Positions 26,829 to 36,940 of a stretch of 64,000 bases of DNA are shown piece by piece. Origin of the DNA: a virus; IMG/VR virus record IMGVR_UViG_3300008120_000440, positions 5,127-69,126 of that record. One strand, 5' to 3'. Each line of letters opens with the position of its first letter. Within the stretch, counting starts at the first letter, position 1. The translations under genes were made by a program, and so were the position numbers. Under the pieces are notes generated by a model that worked only from the letters and a program-made list of their open reading frames with translations, had not been told where the DNA came from and made no database searches.

Positions 26829-29800
26829 TTATCTCCTATACATTTCTTCGCGGTTGATTCTGTCAAGATGGGCTTTTACTTGCTGAACAATTTGCTCAGT
26901 GTTCCCACCACTGACATTGATGTTAATCGTATTTCCACCGCTGCGGCCAGAATTGCTCGTGCTCACCTGAGGGATGGACGGACGAGTCATTGAGGGGACA
27001 GATGTATCACCAATTGGGCCTGGGACAACATGGAGGTGGCGGTTTTGTGAACCACCATGAAACTCGGCAAATCCACCATTTCGCTCAACAGTTGTCTTGT
27101 ACATGCCAAGTTGGTTTCCAACAAGGTCATATGCGCGACCAGTAACATGGTCCGAGTTAATTGAACCAAGACCGTAGTTTCGGTAAGAAGATGTGACGGT
27201 TCGCTTGCCAGCAATTCCAGCATTCATCATGTTATGGCGTGACAGCGTCTGCACAAGCCTTGAAGATGTTGTGTCGCCAATACCTTTTCCTCGCGGCGTA
27301 AATGTGTCGTTGATACCAGCAGCCTTAAAGACTTCCGTGAGTGCTTCTTTGCTCCACCATTCTGGACGCTGGTCGGATTCTGGGCTATAAAAAGCGCGTT
27401 GTTCTTCAATAAGTTTTCTTTGCTCATCAGCAACAAGTGCTTGCTTTTCGGTGAGGTCGGCTAAATAAAATGCTTTATCTGCTGTCTCAAGTGTTTTTAC
27501 ATCTTTTTGGTCAATGCTCACACCATAAGTGCCAAGGGTTTGAGAAAGACTTGGCCCCTTGAACAATTCTCCACTAGAAATTGCATTGGCTAAAGCCTGT
27601 TGTGTATCAAGGTCAAGTTTTCCAAATTGGTCAGCAACGCTTTGCACCCCACCAGAGCCGAGCATGATTCCCTGTTCTGCCATTCTTGCTGTAAATTGAC
27701 CCTTCAAGGCGCTTTGCATTGACTGGTCCTGCTTGGTAAAGAAATCATTCATTGCAACACGGGAAGCACTTCCAGGAGCGTAGATTTCAGTTCCTAGCCC
27801 TTCAAATGTTCCACCCTTTTGAGTGAAGGCTTTTCCACCCTCTCCGAACTGCCTGCGTAATTCAAAATAGGTTTTCATGGTGTCGCCGCCGCTGATGATA
27901 TTCATCTGCTCGGCTGCAACTTTCATGAAGTTTCCAAGTTCCTGCATATCAATTGGGCCAGTTCCTCCAGCAGCACGCCTATTCATAGAGAAGGCTTTAG
28001 CGGCCTCATCAAGAATCAATGGTGCCTTCTGACGCTTTACGACTTCATCAAATACGCTCAGGTTATTGACCATTGCCTGATTGAGGTCCATGTTGATTTG
28101 TTCTGCGGTTTTAACAACAGTTACACCAAGTTCAACCAAAACCTCATTGAAGTCCTTTGTTGCATCGTAAAGGTTCACACCCATAGACATTGCTAAGCGG
28201 TCAATTTCTTTGCCAGTTAGACCAGTCATGTCCGCAATAACTTTTGTACGCCGTTCATAGACGGTGTTCAAACGCTGCGCTGCTGTTGCCTGAGCATCGC
28301 TTCTATCGGCAAATCGCTTAAGCGCGGTACCTCGCGTGTTATCGTTCTTGTTGTATTCGTCAAATTGCGCCTGCGATATTTCGCCGCGTTGCAGCATGTT
28401 TACTAGTTCGGACTTTTGCGATTTTCTTGTGGCTTTATCTCGTTGGCGTTTTCCAAATAAGTCAAACATTTGCTTTGCGCCATAGACGATTGCGCCACCT
28501 GCTGCGCCAGCAATACCGCCAACTATTCCACCTATCGCCGCTCCAGCGATTGTCCCAGCAATAGGAAGTACTGAACCGAGATAGGCACCAACGGTTGCTC
28601 CAGCAGCGGCACCAATTCCTCCACCAGAAAGCAGCATGTTTCCAATACCACGGCGATTTCCAACTTTTGTTTGGGCTTGGCCTCGTGTATTCAGGTCGGT
28701 AGCCCTGCCTCGCGCTTGCGATGCAAATTGTTTCATGGCTTTTAAGTTTTCGGATTCACCACGACCAGTTCTAGTGAGTAACGCTGCCTTGACCATGAAG
28801 TCATTGATTACATTGTCCATTACCTCATCAACTGATGCTTTGATTTTCTTTGACTCTGCACGGGCTTTGGTGATTGGCGCCATGATTGCACCCATTGCTG
28901 TTCCAAGCGCAGCACCAACAATCATTCCAGGAGCGCCACCAAGTTGTTTACCGAGCATCGCACCAGCAAGCGCACCACCACCAGCGGCAACTGCTGTATT
29001 TCCACTCTTCATCGCCAGAGTTCCACCAGCGAGTCCTATGCCAAGTTTTGGACTATACATAGAAGCCATGGCGGCAAGGTTTAATCCACCTTGCAATTCT
29101 GGTGATGCTTTTCCACCAAGAGCGCCGAGCGCCATTGAAGTTGCAAATGAGCCAATTCCACCGCCGAGCAATCCCTTTCTGTTTTCTGCTTTGTCCGCAT
29201 CTCTTTGACGGGCTTCCCTGAACATTCGCCCAGTCATCTTCCGCCAACCAGTTACTTGGCTGCCTGGGATTTTCGTTTTGCTTCCGTACCTCCAGCGTCC
29301 GCCACCGCCACCAGCACCTCCGCCACCAGAGCCGCCTGGACCGCCTGGGGCGCCTGGAAGAGGAGAACTTGGGCCTCCTGGACCAACTCCTGGGAGCGTT
29401 GGGAATCTACTGAGCATTGAACCAAAACCAGGTCCAGTTGATGCCAGCCCGCTCATTTTGAACTTCGCAAGACCCTGTGCATGTTGTCTTGCACTTTGCA
29501 ATCCACCCATTTTGTATGAGTCGTAAATGCCAGCAGTCGCGCTGCTTAGGCGTCCGTTGATTGAAGCCCTTACGCTCGCAGGTATACCCGTTACGGCACT
29601 GACCGCGCCTTGGCGCATACTTGCAAGACCACCACTTAGCCCGTTGTTGGAGAAGTTGTTGTACATCCCACGAGCGGAAAACAAACCGCCTGCTCCGCCC
29701 GCAACAGTTCCAACAAGTGGGCCAGCCTTTCCGAGAACACCACTTCCAGCGAGAGCGCCAGCGGCCGCACCATGCGGTCCGCCAGTGATAAAACCTTTTG

Positions 29801-31487
29801 CGGCTCCGATTGCCGCACCCTTGATGTTTACTGTTCCAGCGTCAACATTCATGTATTGAGTTTTTTCGCGGATATAGCCACCAAAGTTGGTTTTCATTCC
29901 TCTGGCACCAGCCATCATCGCAAAAAACGCTCCTTGAGAACCGAACATTTTTTGCATTCCACCAAAAACATCAGCGAACATTTGGAAAGCGTCAGTCAAG
30001 AAGTTCACTACTGTAGTGAATTTGCTAAGTGTCTCAACAAGACCACCGCCGACATTGCTGAAAAACTTAATAAATGTACCAATAAGTTCGCCTACTGCAG
30101 CACCAAATTTTTCAAACTGATTTCCTTGTTTTCCAAGAAGCGAGTTGAGACCGTTTGTTGCTGCTTTTATTTCTCTCCATACTGGCTTAAACATTGCTCC
30201 AAAGAATTTTTCCAGAACTTTGGCGCCTTCAATCAGCGGTTTGAGGTTATATGTAATTTCCTTAAATCCAGCCTTGAAGTCATACCACCACTCGCCAAGT
30301 CGCTTGAACATTCCAACCGATTTTGGCAAATAGTCTCTAATTAGTCTTACATAGAACTCAGATAATTTTTCAACCGCTGATGTGAGTGCGCCTAGAAGGC
30401 CGCCGTTTTTACCCCATGCCGCAACGCTTCCAGATGTGGCTCTTAATGCTTTATCAACGGATTTGTACATTGACTCAAGCGCAACTTTTGAATCACCCAA
30501 AAATCCCTGACCGAAGTCAGCGAGGTTCCCTCTTAGCATGGAAAAATATTTTTTAAACTGTGAAAACAATGTTGAGTTAATCGCATCAAACTGACCAGTA
30601 ACTCCACCGAGCGCTGAAAGTTTTCCGCTGTTCATTGCGGCAATGAACTTTTCTTTTGTATTGATTCCTTGCTTATCGGCCTGCTTGATTGCCTCAACCA
30701 TCGCTGGGCCAAGTTCTTTTGCTGCAGTTTTAACTTGAGCGTATGACTTCTTTGAGTCTTGAAGTGTTGCTACGAGTTCTGCTGCTTTTTCTACACCTTG
30801 CTCAAGCGGCTGACCAGCAGAAGCAAAGTCCATTAGCCCTTTTAGGTATTTTTGGCTAGTTGCATTGAAAGTAACATTTTGGTTCTTTGATACAGTGGCA
30901 AATGCTTTGTTTAGATTCTCAACACCCAAAACCGCAAGGTCAGCATCCATCGTGAGGTTACGCATAACCATTCGGGTTTGATTTAGGCCACTACCAAATT
31001 CTTTTGCAGTCTTGGTCTTGTACGCATACATCGCTGCCTGTTGTTCACGAACTGCCGCAGAAGCGATAGAAACTGCCGTCGTGAATCCAGCCGCAGTTGC
31101 AGCAAGTCCCTGCATAGCAACTTGATATGTCTTCATGGCAAATCTGCCGACTATGAATGCACCGTGGGTGACAATCATTGCCGCGCCAAGGGCAGCCATT
31201 TGTATGGTCGCCATTTTCAGCATTGACACAAGCGACTTCATCGTCATTGCGCCCATTTTGCGGATTATCTTGTCGGTGGAGTCAAGTACCTTCCTCCACC
31301 TATCGGTCTGCTTGCCAGCACCGCCCATGGAACTACCCATCAATTTTGATGCAGCAGCGTTAAGGAGCATGTCCTTAGACAGGCCTTTGATTTCGCGTCT
31401 TAAGCCCTTTACGGAGCCGATAGTTCTTAGAATCGCGCCAGTATCGGCGCGTGAACTAATTTTAATTGATGCTTTCTCGTCAGCCAT
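26829..31487 (-). CDS. Tape measure protein with C-terminal M15-like Zn peptidase motif
   Basis: 1552 aa Ala/Gly-rich helical protein after tail chaperone; SSYR...SDHVTGRAYD...HLHV. Confidence 0.9.
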   Translation of the reverse strand: MADEKASIKISSRADTGAILRTIGSVKGLRREIKGLSKDMLLNAAASKLMGSSMGGAGKQTDRWRKVLDSTDKIIRKMGAMTMKSLVSMLKMATIQMAALGAAMIVTHGAFIVGRFAMKTYQVAMQGLAATAAGFTTAVSIASAAVREQQAAMYAYKTKTAKEFGSGLNQTRMVMRNLTMDADLAVLGVENLNKAFATVSKNQNVTFNATSQKYLKGLMDFASAGQPLEQGVEKAAELVATLQDSKKSYAQVKTAAKELGPAMVEAIKQADKQGINTKEKFIAAMNSGKLSALGGVTGQFDAINSTLFSQFKKYFSMLRGNLADFGQGFLGDSKVALESMYKSVDKALRATSGSVAAWGKNGGLLGALTSAVEKLSEFYVRLIRDYLPKSVGMFKRLGEWWYDFKAGFKEITYNLKPLIEGAKVLEKFFGAMFKPVWREIKAATNGLNSLLGKQGNQFEKFGAAVGELIGTFIKFFSNVGGGLVETLSKFTTVVNFLTDAFQMFADVFGGMQKMFGSQGAFFAMMAGARGMKTNFGGYIREKTQYMNVDAGTVNIKGAAIGAAKGFITGGPHGAAAGALAGSGVLGKAGPLVGTVAGGAGGLFSARGMYNNFSNNGLSGGLASMRQGAVSAVTGIPASVRASINGRLSSATAGIYDSYKMGGLQSARQHAQGLAKFKMSGLASTGPGFGSMLSRFPTLPGVGPGGPSSPLPGAPGGPGGSGGGGAGGGGGRWRYGSKTKIPGSQVTGWRKMTGRMFREARQRDADKAENRKGLLGGGIGSFATSMALGALGGKASPELQGGLNLAAMASMYSPKLGIGLAGGTLAMKSGNTAVAAGGGALAGAMLGKQLGGAPGMIVGAALGTAMGAIMAPITKARAESKKIKASVDEVMDNVINDFMVKAALLTRTGRGESENLKAMKQFASQARGRATDLNTRGQAQTKVGNRRGIGNMLLSGGGIGAAAGATVGAYLGSVLPIAGTIAGAAIGGIVGGIAGAAGGAIVYGAKQMFDLFGKRQRDKATRKSQKSELVNMLQRGEISQAQFDEYNKNDNTRGTALKRFADRSDAQATAAQRLNTVYERRTKVIADMTGLTGKEIDRLAMSMGVNLYDATKDFNEVLVELGVTVVKTAEQINMDLNQAMVNNLSVFDEVVKRQKAPLILDEAAKAFSMNRRAAGGTGPIDMQELGNFMKVAAEQMNIISGGDTMKTYFELRRQFGEGGKAFTQKGGTFEGLGTEIYAPGSASRVAMNDFFTKQDQSMQSALKGQFTARMAEQGIMLGSGGVQSVADQFGKLDLDTQQALANAISSGELFKGPSLSQTLGTYGVSIDQKDVKTLETADKAFYLADLTEKQALVADEQRKLIEEQRAFYSPESDQRPEWWSKEALTEVFKAAGINDTFTPRGKGIGDTTSSRLVQTLSRHNMMNAGIAGKRTVTSSYRNYGLGSINSDHVTGRAYDLVGNQLGMYKTTVERNGGFAEFHGGSQNRHLHVVPGPIGDTSVPSMTRPSIPQVSTSNSGRSGGNTININVSGGNTEQIVQQVKAHLDRINREEMYRR

Positions 31488-31526
31488 ATTCAGATTTTCT
31501 CTTAATAGGGCGGGCCGAGGGGAGTG

Positions 31527-31720
31527 CTACTTTTCTCTTTCGCGCCGTTCTCGCTCGCGGTCGTTAGATATAACTTTAGCACATGCCATCATTATGACCC
31601 ATTGCTCTTGGGTGTAATCCAATAATTCTATTGGACTTGTGCCCCAGAGTTCGCCGAGACGAGCGGCGTTTACGATTGTGGAATCTTCAACTAGTTCGCT
31701 GAAGATTCCTTCATAGGGTC
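31527..31720 (-). CDS. Tail assembly chaperone -1 frameshift extension (gpT-like)
   Basis: -1 frame from GGACCCTA reads PYEGIFSELVEDSTIVNAARLGELWGTSP...REREK*, filling the gap before the tape measure. Confidence 0.7.
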
Positions 31721-32224
31721 CACGGTGTCCACCGTATCCGAGTATCCAGCAGCCTCAAGAATCGCAAGTGCTGCGCCTTCGGTGTGTGGGTCAACGCCAA
31801 AGAATGCGCGAACACAATCTGGGTGAGGACGAGTTGTCTCGGTCATCTCCATGATTAGGTCAGAAGCAAATGTCAATGGATTGCCATTGTCATCAAAAAC
31901 TTCTTCATCACCAAAGATGATTCCAGTTGTCGTGTGTCCAATAACAGCACACGCAAACTTCAATGAATCCAAGCCATTCTTGGTGTCTTCGCCTGCGTTG
32001 CGGCGCCATGAGCGAAGTTGTTGCTGAGAAATGTTTGGGCTAATAATCAACTTAACGCCAGGGCGTTCTGGAACTTCAAGATGAACCGTTGGACGCTCAA
32101 CCTTTTTCTTGATTGCTGCAGTCAACTGGTCAAGAACTGTCTGTTCTTTCGCGCTCTTAGATGGAACAGCCTTCTTTGCTGGCTGCTCTGATGGTTGCTC
32201 TGAATAAAGTTCTGAATTTGTCAT
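31691..32224 (-). CDS. Tail assembly chaperone (gpG-like)
   Basis: Between tube and tape measure; ATG 32224 lies 7 nt after TAGTTT. Confidence 0.75.
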   Translation of the reverse strand: MTNSELYSEQPSEQPAKKAVPSKSAKEQTVLDQLTAAIKKKVERPTVHLEVPERPGVKLIISPNISQQQLRSWRRNAGEDTKNGLDSLKFACAVIGHTTTGIIFGDEEVFDDNGNPLTFASDLIMEMTETTRPHPDCVRAFFGVDPHTEGAALAILEAAGYSDTVDTVDPMKESSAN

Positions 32225-32286
32225 AGCCGACAAACTAGCACAGGACCAATAAAGAGCCTGTCAACAATTACGCTAAAAGCGTTTGA

Positions 32287-32781
32287 TTATTGGTTGATTT
32301 GGCTAGCAACATTTGAGACCGAGAAGGTCAAAGCAAATGTTGATGGAGCACCTGACGATGAGTCACCGTCTGGCTCAGTCAAACCCACGAGGAGTGACTT
32401 GGAGTAGATGCGGTCAAGACCAGGAACCTTGAGGTCACAGTTGAACACTTCAACCGTAATGTCGTAGTAAGCCTTGCCGACCATCGTGCGGAGGATTGCC
32501 AACTTCTTGTCAATGTAGTTCTTGTCGTCGGTCAAAATGCCATCGCGCTCGTAGTCGTAGTGAGCGGTCAGCGTAATGTCGCCGATATCAAACGGAGCAC
32601 AGAGAACTGTTGGCGAAGAGGCGCCGCCTTCGTAGATTTTTTCTACTGAAGCAGTGATTTCACCACCCGATACCTGAGCGAACTTGAACGCCTCCCACTT
32701 TGGTGGCTGCGTCTCAAGAATGTTTGCAGTAGCGTGCGGAGCAATCCGTGCGATTACTTGCCTTTGCGATACCTTTGCCAT
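32287..32781 (-). CDS. Tail tube protein
   Basis: FAQVSGGEITA, GDITLT; immediately downstream of sheath. Confidence 0.8.
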   Translation of the reverse strand: MAKVSQRQVIARIAPHATANILETQPPKWEAFKFAQVSGGEITASVEKIYEGGASSPTVLCAPFDIGDITLTAHYDYERDGILTDDKNYIDKKLAILRTMVGKAYYDITVEVFNCDLKVPGLDRIYSKSLLVGLTEPDGDSSSGAPSTFALTFSVSNVASQINQ

Positions 32782-32799
32782 GTGTTATTCCTCCGTGGC

Positions 32800-34275
32800 T
32801 CAGACGACTGACTTAGTCAGGTTTGATTTGATGATGTCAACTTCAATCTTGTCGCCGACACTTGATACACGCAATCCGACGCGAGCCTTTACAAGGCCAG
32901 TTGCAAGTTGCGATGTTGGGTTGAGAGTTGTATCACACTTAACCGTGTAACCAAAGTCAACGCGCTTGCCAGTTGCATCAAATGCTTCAAACAATGCTCC
33001 GCTTACGCGAAGTGGCTCAAGGATTGCAAACAGTTTTGATTCAACGCTTGCGAAGATAGTGTTTCGGCCGTCAATTACACCGAAGAGCAGGTCTTCAAGT
33101 GAGCGGTTGGCTTCAACAACAACCTTGTTTACAACATCCTGTGCGGTGATGTAACGGAAGTTGTCGGTATCTGCCGACATGCTGCGAGCACCGTAGATGC
33201 GAATGGTGTTGTTAATCAAACGAATCGCGTTGATGTAAGCGTCATCAAGTTGGTCTCCGTTGGTCTTATCAATGTCAATTGCAACTCCGTTTACGAAGCG
33301 TGCTGCTGAAATCAATCCAGCGCCAGGCTGATGCGAGCCAGTCTGGATGTGGCCAAGAGCGCGCTTTGCTGCTGCGTAGCCAACTGGTGGAATCAGACGG
33401 TTAATTCCGCTTGTTGATGTTGGGATGTAAACCCATGGGTAGAAGTAAGCAACATGCTCGCTGTGCACATCTGCTGCCGAAAGAGTGAAACCTGCAGTCT
33501 TTGCTTCTGCGATGGTGTCGTCAAATGCGCCGAACAGGTATGCCAAACGGTTGTAGTTGTTTGCGTGATTCGCAAGACCAGTTTGAACCGTTGTGTGGCT
33601 TGATTCTGGGCAAACTACGACGCCAGTTCCGTATGAATCCAAGAAGTCACTCAATCCTGTTACATAGTCAGCAACAACAATCGCTGCTCGGTCATCATCG
33701 CCGTCGCTCAATGCTGTTGCAGCCATAACTTCAGGCTTTGGTGAACCAGTTACACCAAGGTCAATTGCGGTAACAACAGCGGATGCTGCTGCGCTGCTGT
33801 TGATGCGTCCAACTGCTTGCGTAGTTGTTGAGCAGTTTCCAGTGCTATAAATCAATTCGCCATTTTTGCGAATAAGAATAATGAAAGTGTTGGTTGCGGT
33901 TCCAGCGGTTACTTGAACAGTAACATTGCCGCTCCAGTCTCCAGGGCCGTTAGCAACGATGTCCATAACATCGTCTCCGCCTGCTCCACCCTCATTCAGG
34001 GTGATTGAACCGATGGTGAAATCTGAACCAACTACGCGCGAGATGTAAGCACGGGTGCCACCTTCTTCAAAGAAGGTCTGAATGGTTGGGTGAAGGTATG
34101 CGTACGAAACATATCCACCGTAGATTGCCTCAAATTCGGCAAGGCTTGTTACAAGCGTTGCTTCGCCGACTGGGCCGCTCTCTGCCTGACCAACTGCAAA
34201 CATCTGTGATGTTTCAATTGATGCTGGTGCTGATGGACCTGTTCTTACTGCTGTTGTGATGTTTACGCCTGGCAT
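32800..34275 (-). CDS. Contractile tail sheath protein
   Basis: MPGVNI, FFEEGGTRAYISRV, YFYPWV, IRIYGARS, FRYI. Confidence 0.92.
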   Translation of the reverse strand: MPGVNITTAVRTGPSAPASIETSQMFAVGQAESGPVGEATLVTSLAEFEAIYGGYVSYAYLHPTIQTFFEEGGTRAYISRVVGSDFTIGSITLNEGGAGGDDVMDIVANGPGDWSGNVTVQVTAGTATNTFIILIRKNGELIYSTGNCSTTTQAVGRINSSAAASAVVTAIDLGVTGSPKPEVMAATALSDGDDDRAAIVVADYVTGLSDFLDSYGTGVVVCPESSHTTVQTGLANHANNYNRLAYLFGAFDDTIAEAKTAGFTLSAADVHSEHVAYFYPWVYIPTSTSGINRLIPPVGYAAAKRALGHIQTGSHQPGAGLISAARFVNGVAIDIDKTNGDQLDDAYINAIRLINNTIRIYGARSMSADTDNFRYITAQDVVNKVVVEANRSLEDLLFGVIDGRNTIFASVESKLFAILEPLRVSGALFEAFDATGKRVDFGYTVKCDTTLNPTSQLATGLVKARVGLRVSSVGDKIEVDIIKSNLTKSVV

Positions 34276-34296
34276 GACACCTTCCTAGTTACTCGC

Positions 34297-34329
34297 GGGA
34301 GATAACGCCGTGTTATTTCTCCCATTGTA
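34297..34329 (-). promoter_or_regulatory. TACAAT -10 box followed by hairpin in sheath leader
   Basis: TACAAT-GGGAGAAATAAC-ACGGC-GTTATCTCCC on minus strand. Confidence 0.45.
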
Positions 34330-34333
34330 CAGA

Positions 34334-34678
34334 CTATTCCTGACTGGTGGGTGCAACTGTTTCTTGAACTTGTTGAACTTCTTGCTCAACAACTTCTACA
34401 ACTGGTGCACTTACTGTTTCTACTTTTTCTTTTGATTTTGGCTTTGGAGCAGAACTAACTGAAGCAACTTCTCGCAAAACAGTTAACGCACCAGATTCAA
34501 TTCCTTTTGCGCAAATTCTGCAATCCGAATCAATAGCGGCAACTTCGTTCGGATGAATTTGTCGTCCATCTTCATCAATTACGAAAGGCCCTTTAGTTGC
34601 ATTTCGCACAATCTTGCTTGGCTTGTCAAAACCATTTCGCTTTTCAACGCTGTCAAGCAATACGAATAAATGTGCCAT
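34334..34678 (-). CDS. Hypothetical protein
   Basis: ORF from MAHLF; TACAAT upstream at 34711-34716. Confidence 0.6.
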   Translation of the reverse strand: MAHLFVLLDSVEKRNGFDKPSKIVRNATKGPFVIDEDGRQIHPNEVAAIDSDCRICAKGIESGALTVLREVASVSSAPKPKSKEKVETVSAPVVEVVEQEVQQVQETVAPTSQE

Positions 34679-34738
34679 TTTTAAAATCCAATCTTTAAAA
34701 CCAACAGCCAATTGTACCCAATAAAACAATTATGGAAG

Positions 34739-35368
34739 TCAACTAGACCAATCTGCAGTTGGCAATGATGTATCAAAGAGACTTTGCTGCTTAACGGCTA
34801 TATCAAACTCGGACATTTCAGCAATATCTTGACGAGTCACAACTTCATTGATACTGAGCGTGTACCCAAGGTATGAACCAGACATAACCCTGTCTCCCTT
34901 GAGAAGCGTTGTGTCGGAGAACTCTTCGCGAAGCGAGCCCTCGTCAATCATTACCTGAAATGATTGTCTTGGGTCAGTTGCCTGCAGGCATGGGTAATCA
35001 AGCAAGGCAGAACGAACAACAGTGGTGAGCCTGTCTCGTGCAATTGTTGCTTCCTCTGAGCCAAGCGCCCTGCACCAAATATATGTGCGCATCACATAAT
35101 CAACCCTGTATAGAGGGTCTGGTCCATCGTAAGCAATTCGCTCAAAGCCAGAGGTATTGATTGCAACAGTGATGATTGTCGGCCACTCATCCAGCGCCAA
35201 TGGCTCGTATGTCAAATACTTTGCTGGCGTAGGAAGTTCAGTATCGCTGATATTCCAGCCGTTTCTGTAACGAACTACTCTCTGCGGAATGTCAAGTTGC
35301 AAATAATTTGAAACATATTGTTTTGCAAACTGGGCACCATGCATTAGCGGGTTATCGTAAATGGCCAT
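34739..35368 (-). CDS. Tail completion/terminator protein
   Basis: Position between neck and sheath; EWPTIITV, RDRLTTVVRSALL. Confidence 0.6.
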   Translation of the reverse strand: MAIYDNPLMHGAQFAKQYVSNYLQLDIPQRVVRYRNGWNISDTELPTPAKYLTYEPLALDEWPTIITVAINTSGFERIAYDGPDPLYRVDYVMRTYIWCRALGSEEATIARDRLTTVVRSALLDYPCLQATDPRQSFQVMIDEGSLREEFSDTTLLKGDRVMSGSYLGYTLSINEVVTRQDIAEMSEFDIAVKQQSLFDTSLPTADWSS

Positions 35369-35369
35369 C

Positions 35370-35834
35370 TTAGATAGTTCCGTTCACGACAAAGTCAGCA
35401 GCCATTTCAGCAACTTCTTTCGTCCATAATTCTGGAGCAAAAAGAATTTGTCGTTTTGGCATCTTTGTTGTTCCGTATTGGTGAAACTTTGCGTATTCAA
35501 CATCTGTTGAGTAGGTAGCCCATGTGTCATGCGCGTCAACATCTGGGCCAACTACAGCGACTGAATTAAAAAGCCGACCAGTGCGAACCATTGGTGGCGC
35601 GCCAGGAAAATTTATGGCTTTCCATGCGGCATATTTGGGTTGAAGAGGATTCCAACCACCGACTTCAAGTCCGTTTGACAGATAATTGCTTTTTGCGTAT
35701 TTGCGTAGAGCAAGTCCTGCTTTTTCAAAAACTGGCTTTAAATTACGCGCTCTTTGGCGCATGTCTCTGAGTGATTCCTCTGTCCCCTCAAGGCCTCGCT
35801 CGTCAACATCAAGATGGAGATGAATGCCACCCAT
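35370..35834 (-). CDS. Virion morphogenesis (neck) protein, P2 gpS/Mu gpG-like
   Basis: WNPL, RTGRLFNS, YAKFHQYGTTKMPKR. Confidence 0.8.
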   Translation of the reverse strand: MGGIHLHLDVDERGLEGTEESLRDMRQRARNLKPVFEKAGLALRKYAKSNYLSNGLEVGGWNPLQPKYAAWKAINFPGAPPMVRTGRLFNSVAVVGPDVDAHDTWATYSTDVEYAKFHQYGTTKMPKRQILFAPELWTKEVAEMAADFVVNGTI

Positions 35835-36612
35835 TAGGAAATCCTATTTCGTCTGTACCGTTTCACCATCATTAATTCTTTTTCCAAGAATCCAGTTTCT
35901 GCTACGGCAACACCACGGGGATTAAGGTCCTTAACACCGACAACATCGTCGTGCATGTTTTGCATTTCTCTTGTTGCTGCACGAAGAATCATCAACTTGA
36001 ACATTGCAATATTTTCGCCGTCAAGACCAGCGGTATATGTGACGGTTACGCGGTCATTTGCATAACCGCGATAGAAGTCAATACCAAAACGGCGAACCGT
36101 ATAGTCGGAGCCTCTTGCGTCAGCGGTTCCGCTTTGGACATATGTCCCAGCAGTTAGTCCGCTTTGCGTGACCGTAAAAGTTGTTGGAGTAACTGCAGTT
36201 ATTACTTTCAAGTCAAGATTCAACGCAGCATAAGCCATGTTTTGAATATCTACAGTTTGACCAATAGTGAAGTCATTAGAAGCCGTGTAAACAACAGTAG
36301 AACCAGTAACCACTGCGCGAGTGATTGATGCCGTTCTTTTAATCGCCTCACCAAGAAGCAGTCCATCGGTTGAAAGGTTTCCGACGATAACGCTCTTTAC
36401 GGAAACTACTGGAGAATTTCTTAAGTAAATTGTCGGCGGTGGCGTGCTGTAAGTAAGGATTCCATTCGGGTTGATGTCTGTCTGCTGAAAACCCTCGTTG
36501 ATGATTCAAGTTCGCTTTGTAGGCCGTTGAGAATCAGTTCGGCGGCATCTTCCTGACGCAAGGACAAAGAGATATCCATGTATGTCTTAAGTTCAGCAAC
36601 TGATACAAGCAT
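35834..36612 (-). CDS. Head-tail connector/adaptor, frameshifted near 36500
   Basis: MLVSVAELKTYM N-terminus continues in another frame as ...IYLRNSPVVSV...VTVTYTAG...YRRNRIS. Confidence 0.7.
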
Positions 36613-36653
36613 TTAAATACCCCCATCCAAGAGGCTTGGAGAAGTGGGAATAA

Positions 36654-36884
36654 TTATCCCCGATTACGCCGAGCGCGCAACCTGTCTCGGAGCCGTCGGG
36701 CGGCGCGTGCTGCTGCAGATTCGCTCAAAATCTGACGAGCAGTTGCAGTACGGGCGCGACCAACCCGTCGGCGACCCACGGTCTCTCCAGCAAGATTGAT
36801 GAGTCGGCGAGCGGTGCCAGCACGACCTTCATCGCGACCTTCGTCCTCGTCACCACCAATTTGTGTTCGTAGATTGCAAATCAT
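36654..36884 (-). CDS. Small Arg-rich basic protein
   Basis: 76 aa; GAAGGAG RBS; TGCTACAAT upstream. Confidence 0.65.
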   Translation of the reverse strand: MICNLRTQIGGDEDEGRDEGRAGTARRLINLAGETVGRRRVGRARTATARQILSESAAARAARRLRDRLRARRNRG

Positions 36885-36940
36885 TGCGACTCCTTCAAAA
36901 AGCGATACCAGATTGTAGCACTTTTAAGGACTTTCTAATT

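Noticed and set aside
28636-30344. Long plus-strand ORFs opposite the tape measure, and similar antisense ORFs elsewhere
   Set aside because: Shadow frames of real genes with no recognisable motifs
20486-35834. Sheath/baseplate cluster as an extracellular contractile injection system or tailocin
   Set aside because: Linked terminase, portal, prohead protease and neck genes indicate a complete tailed phage
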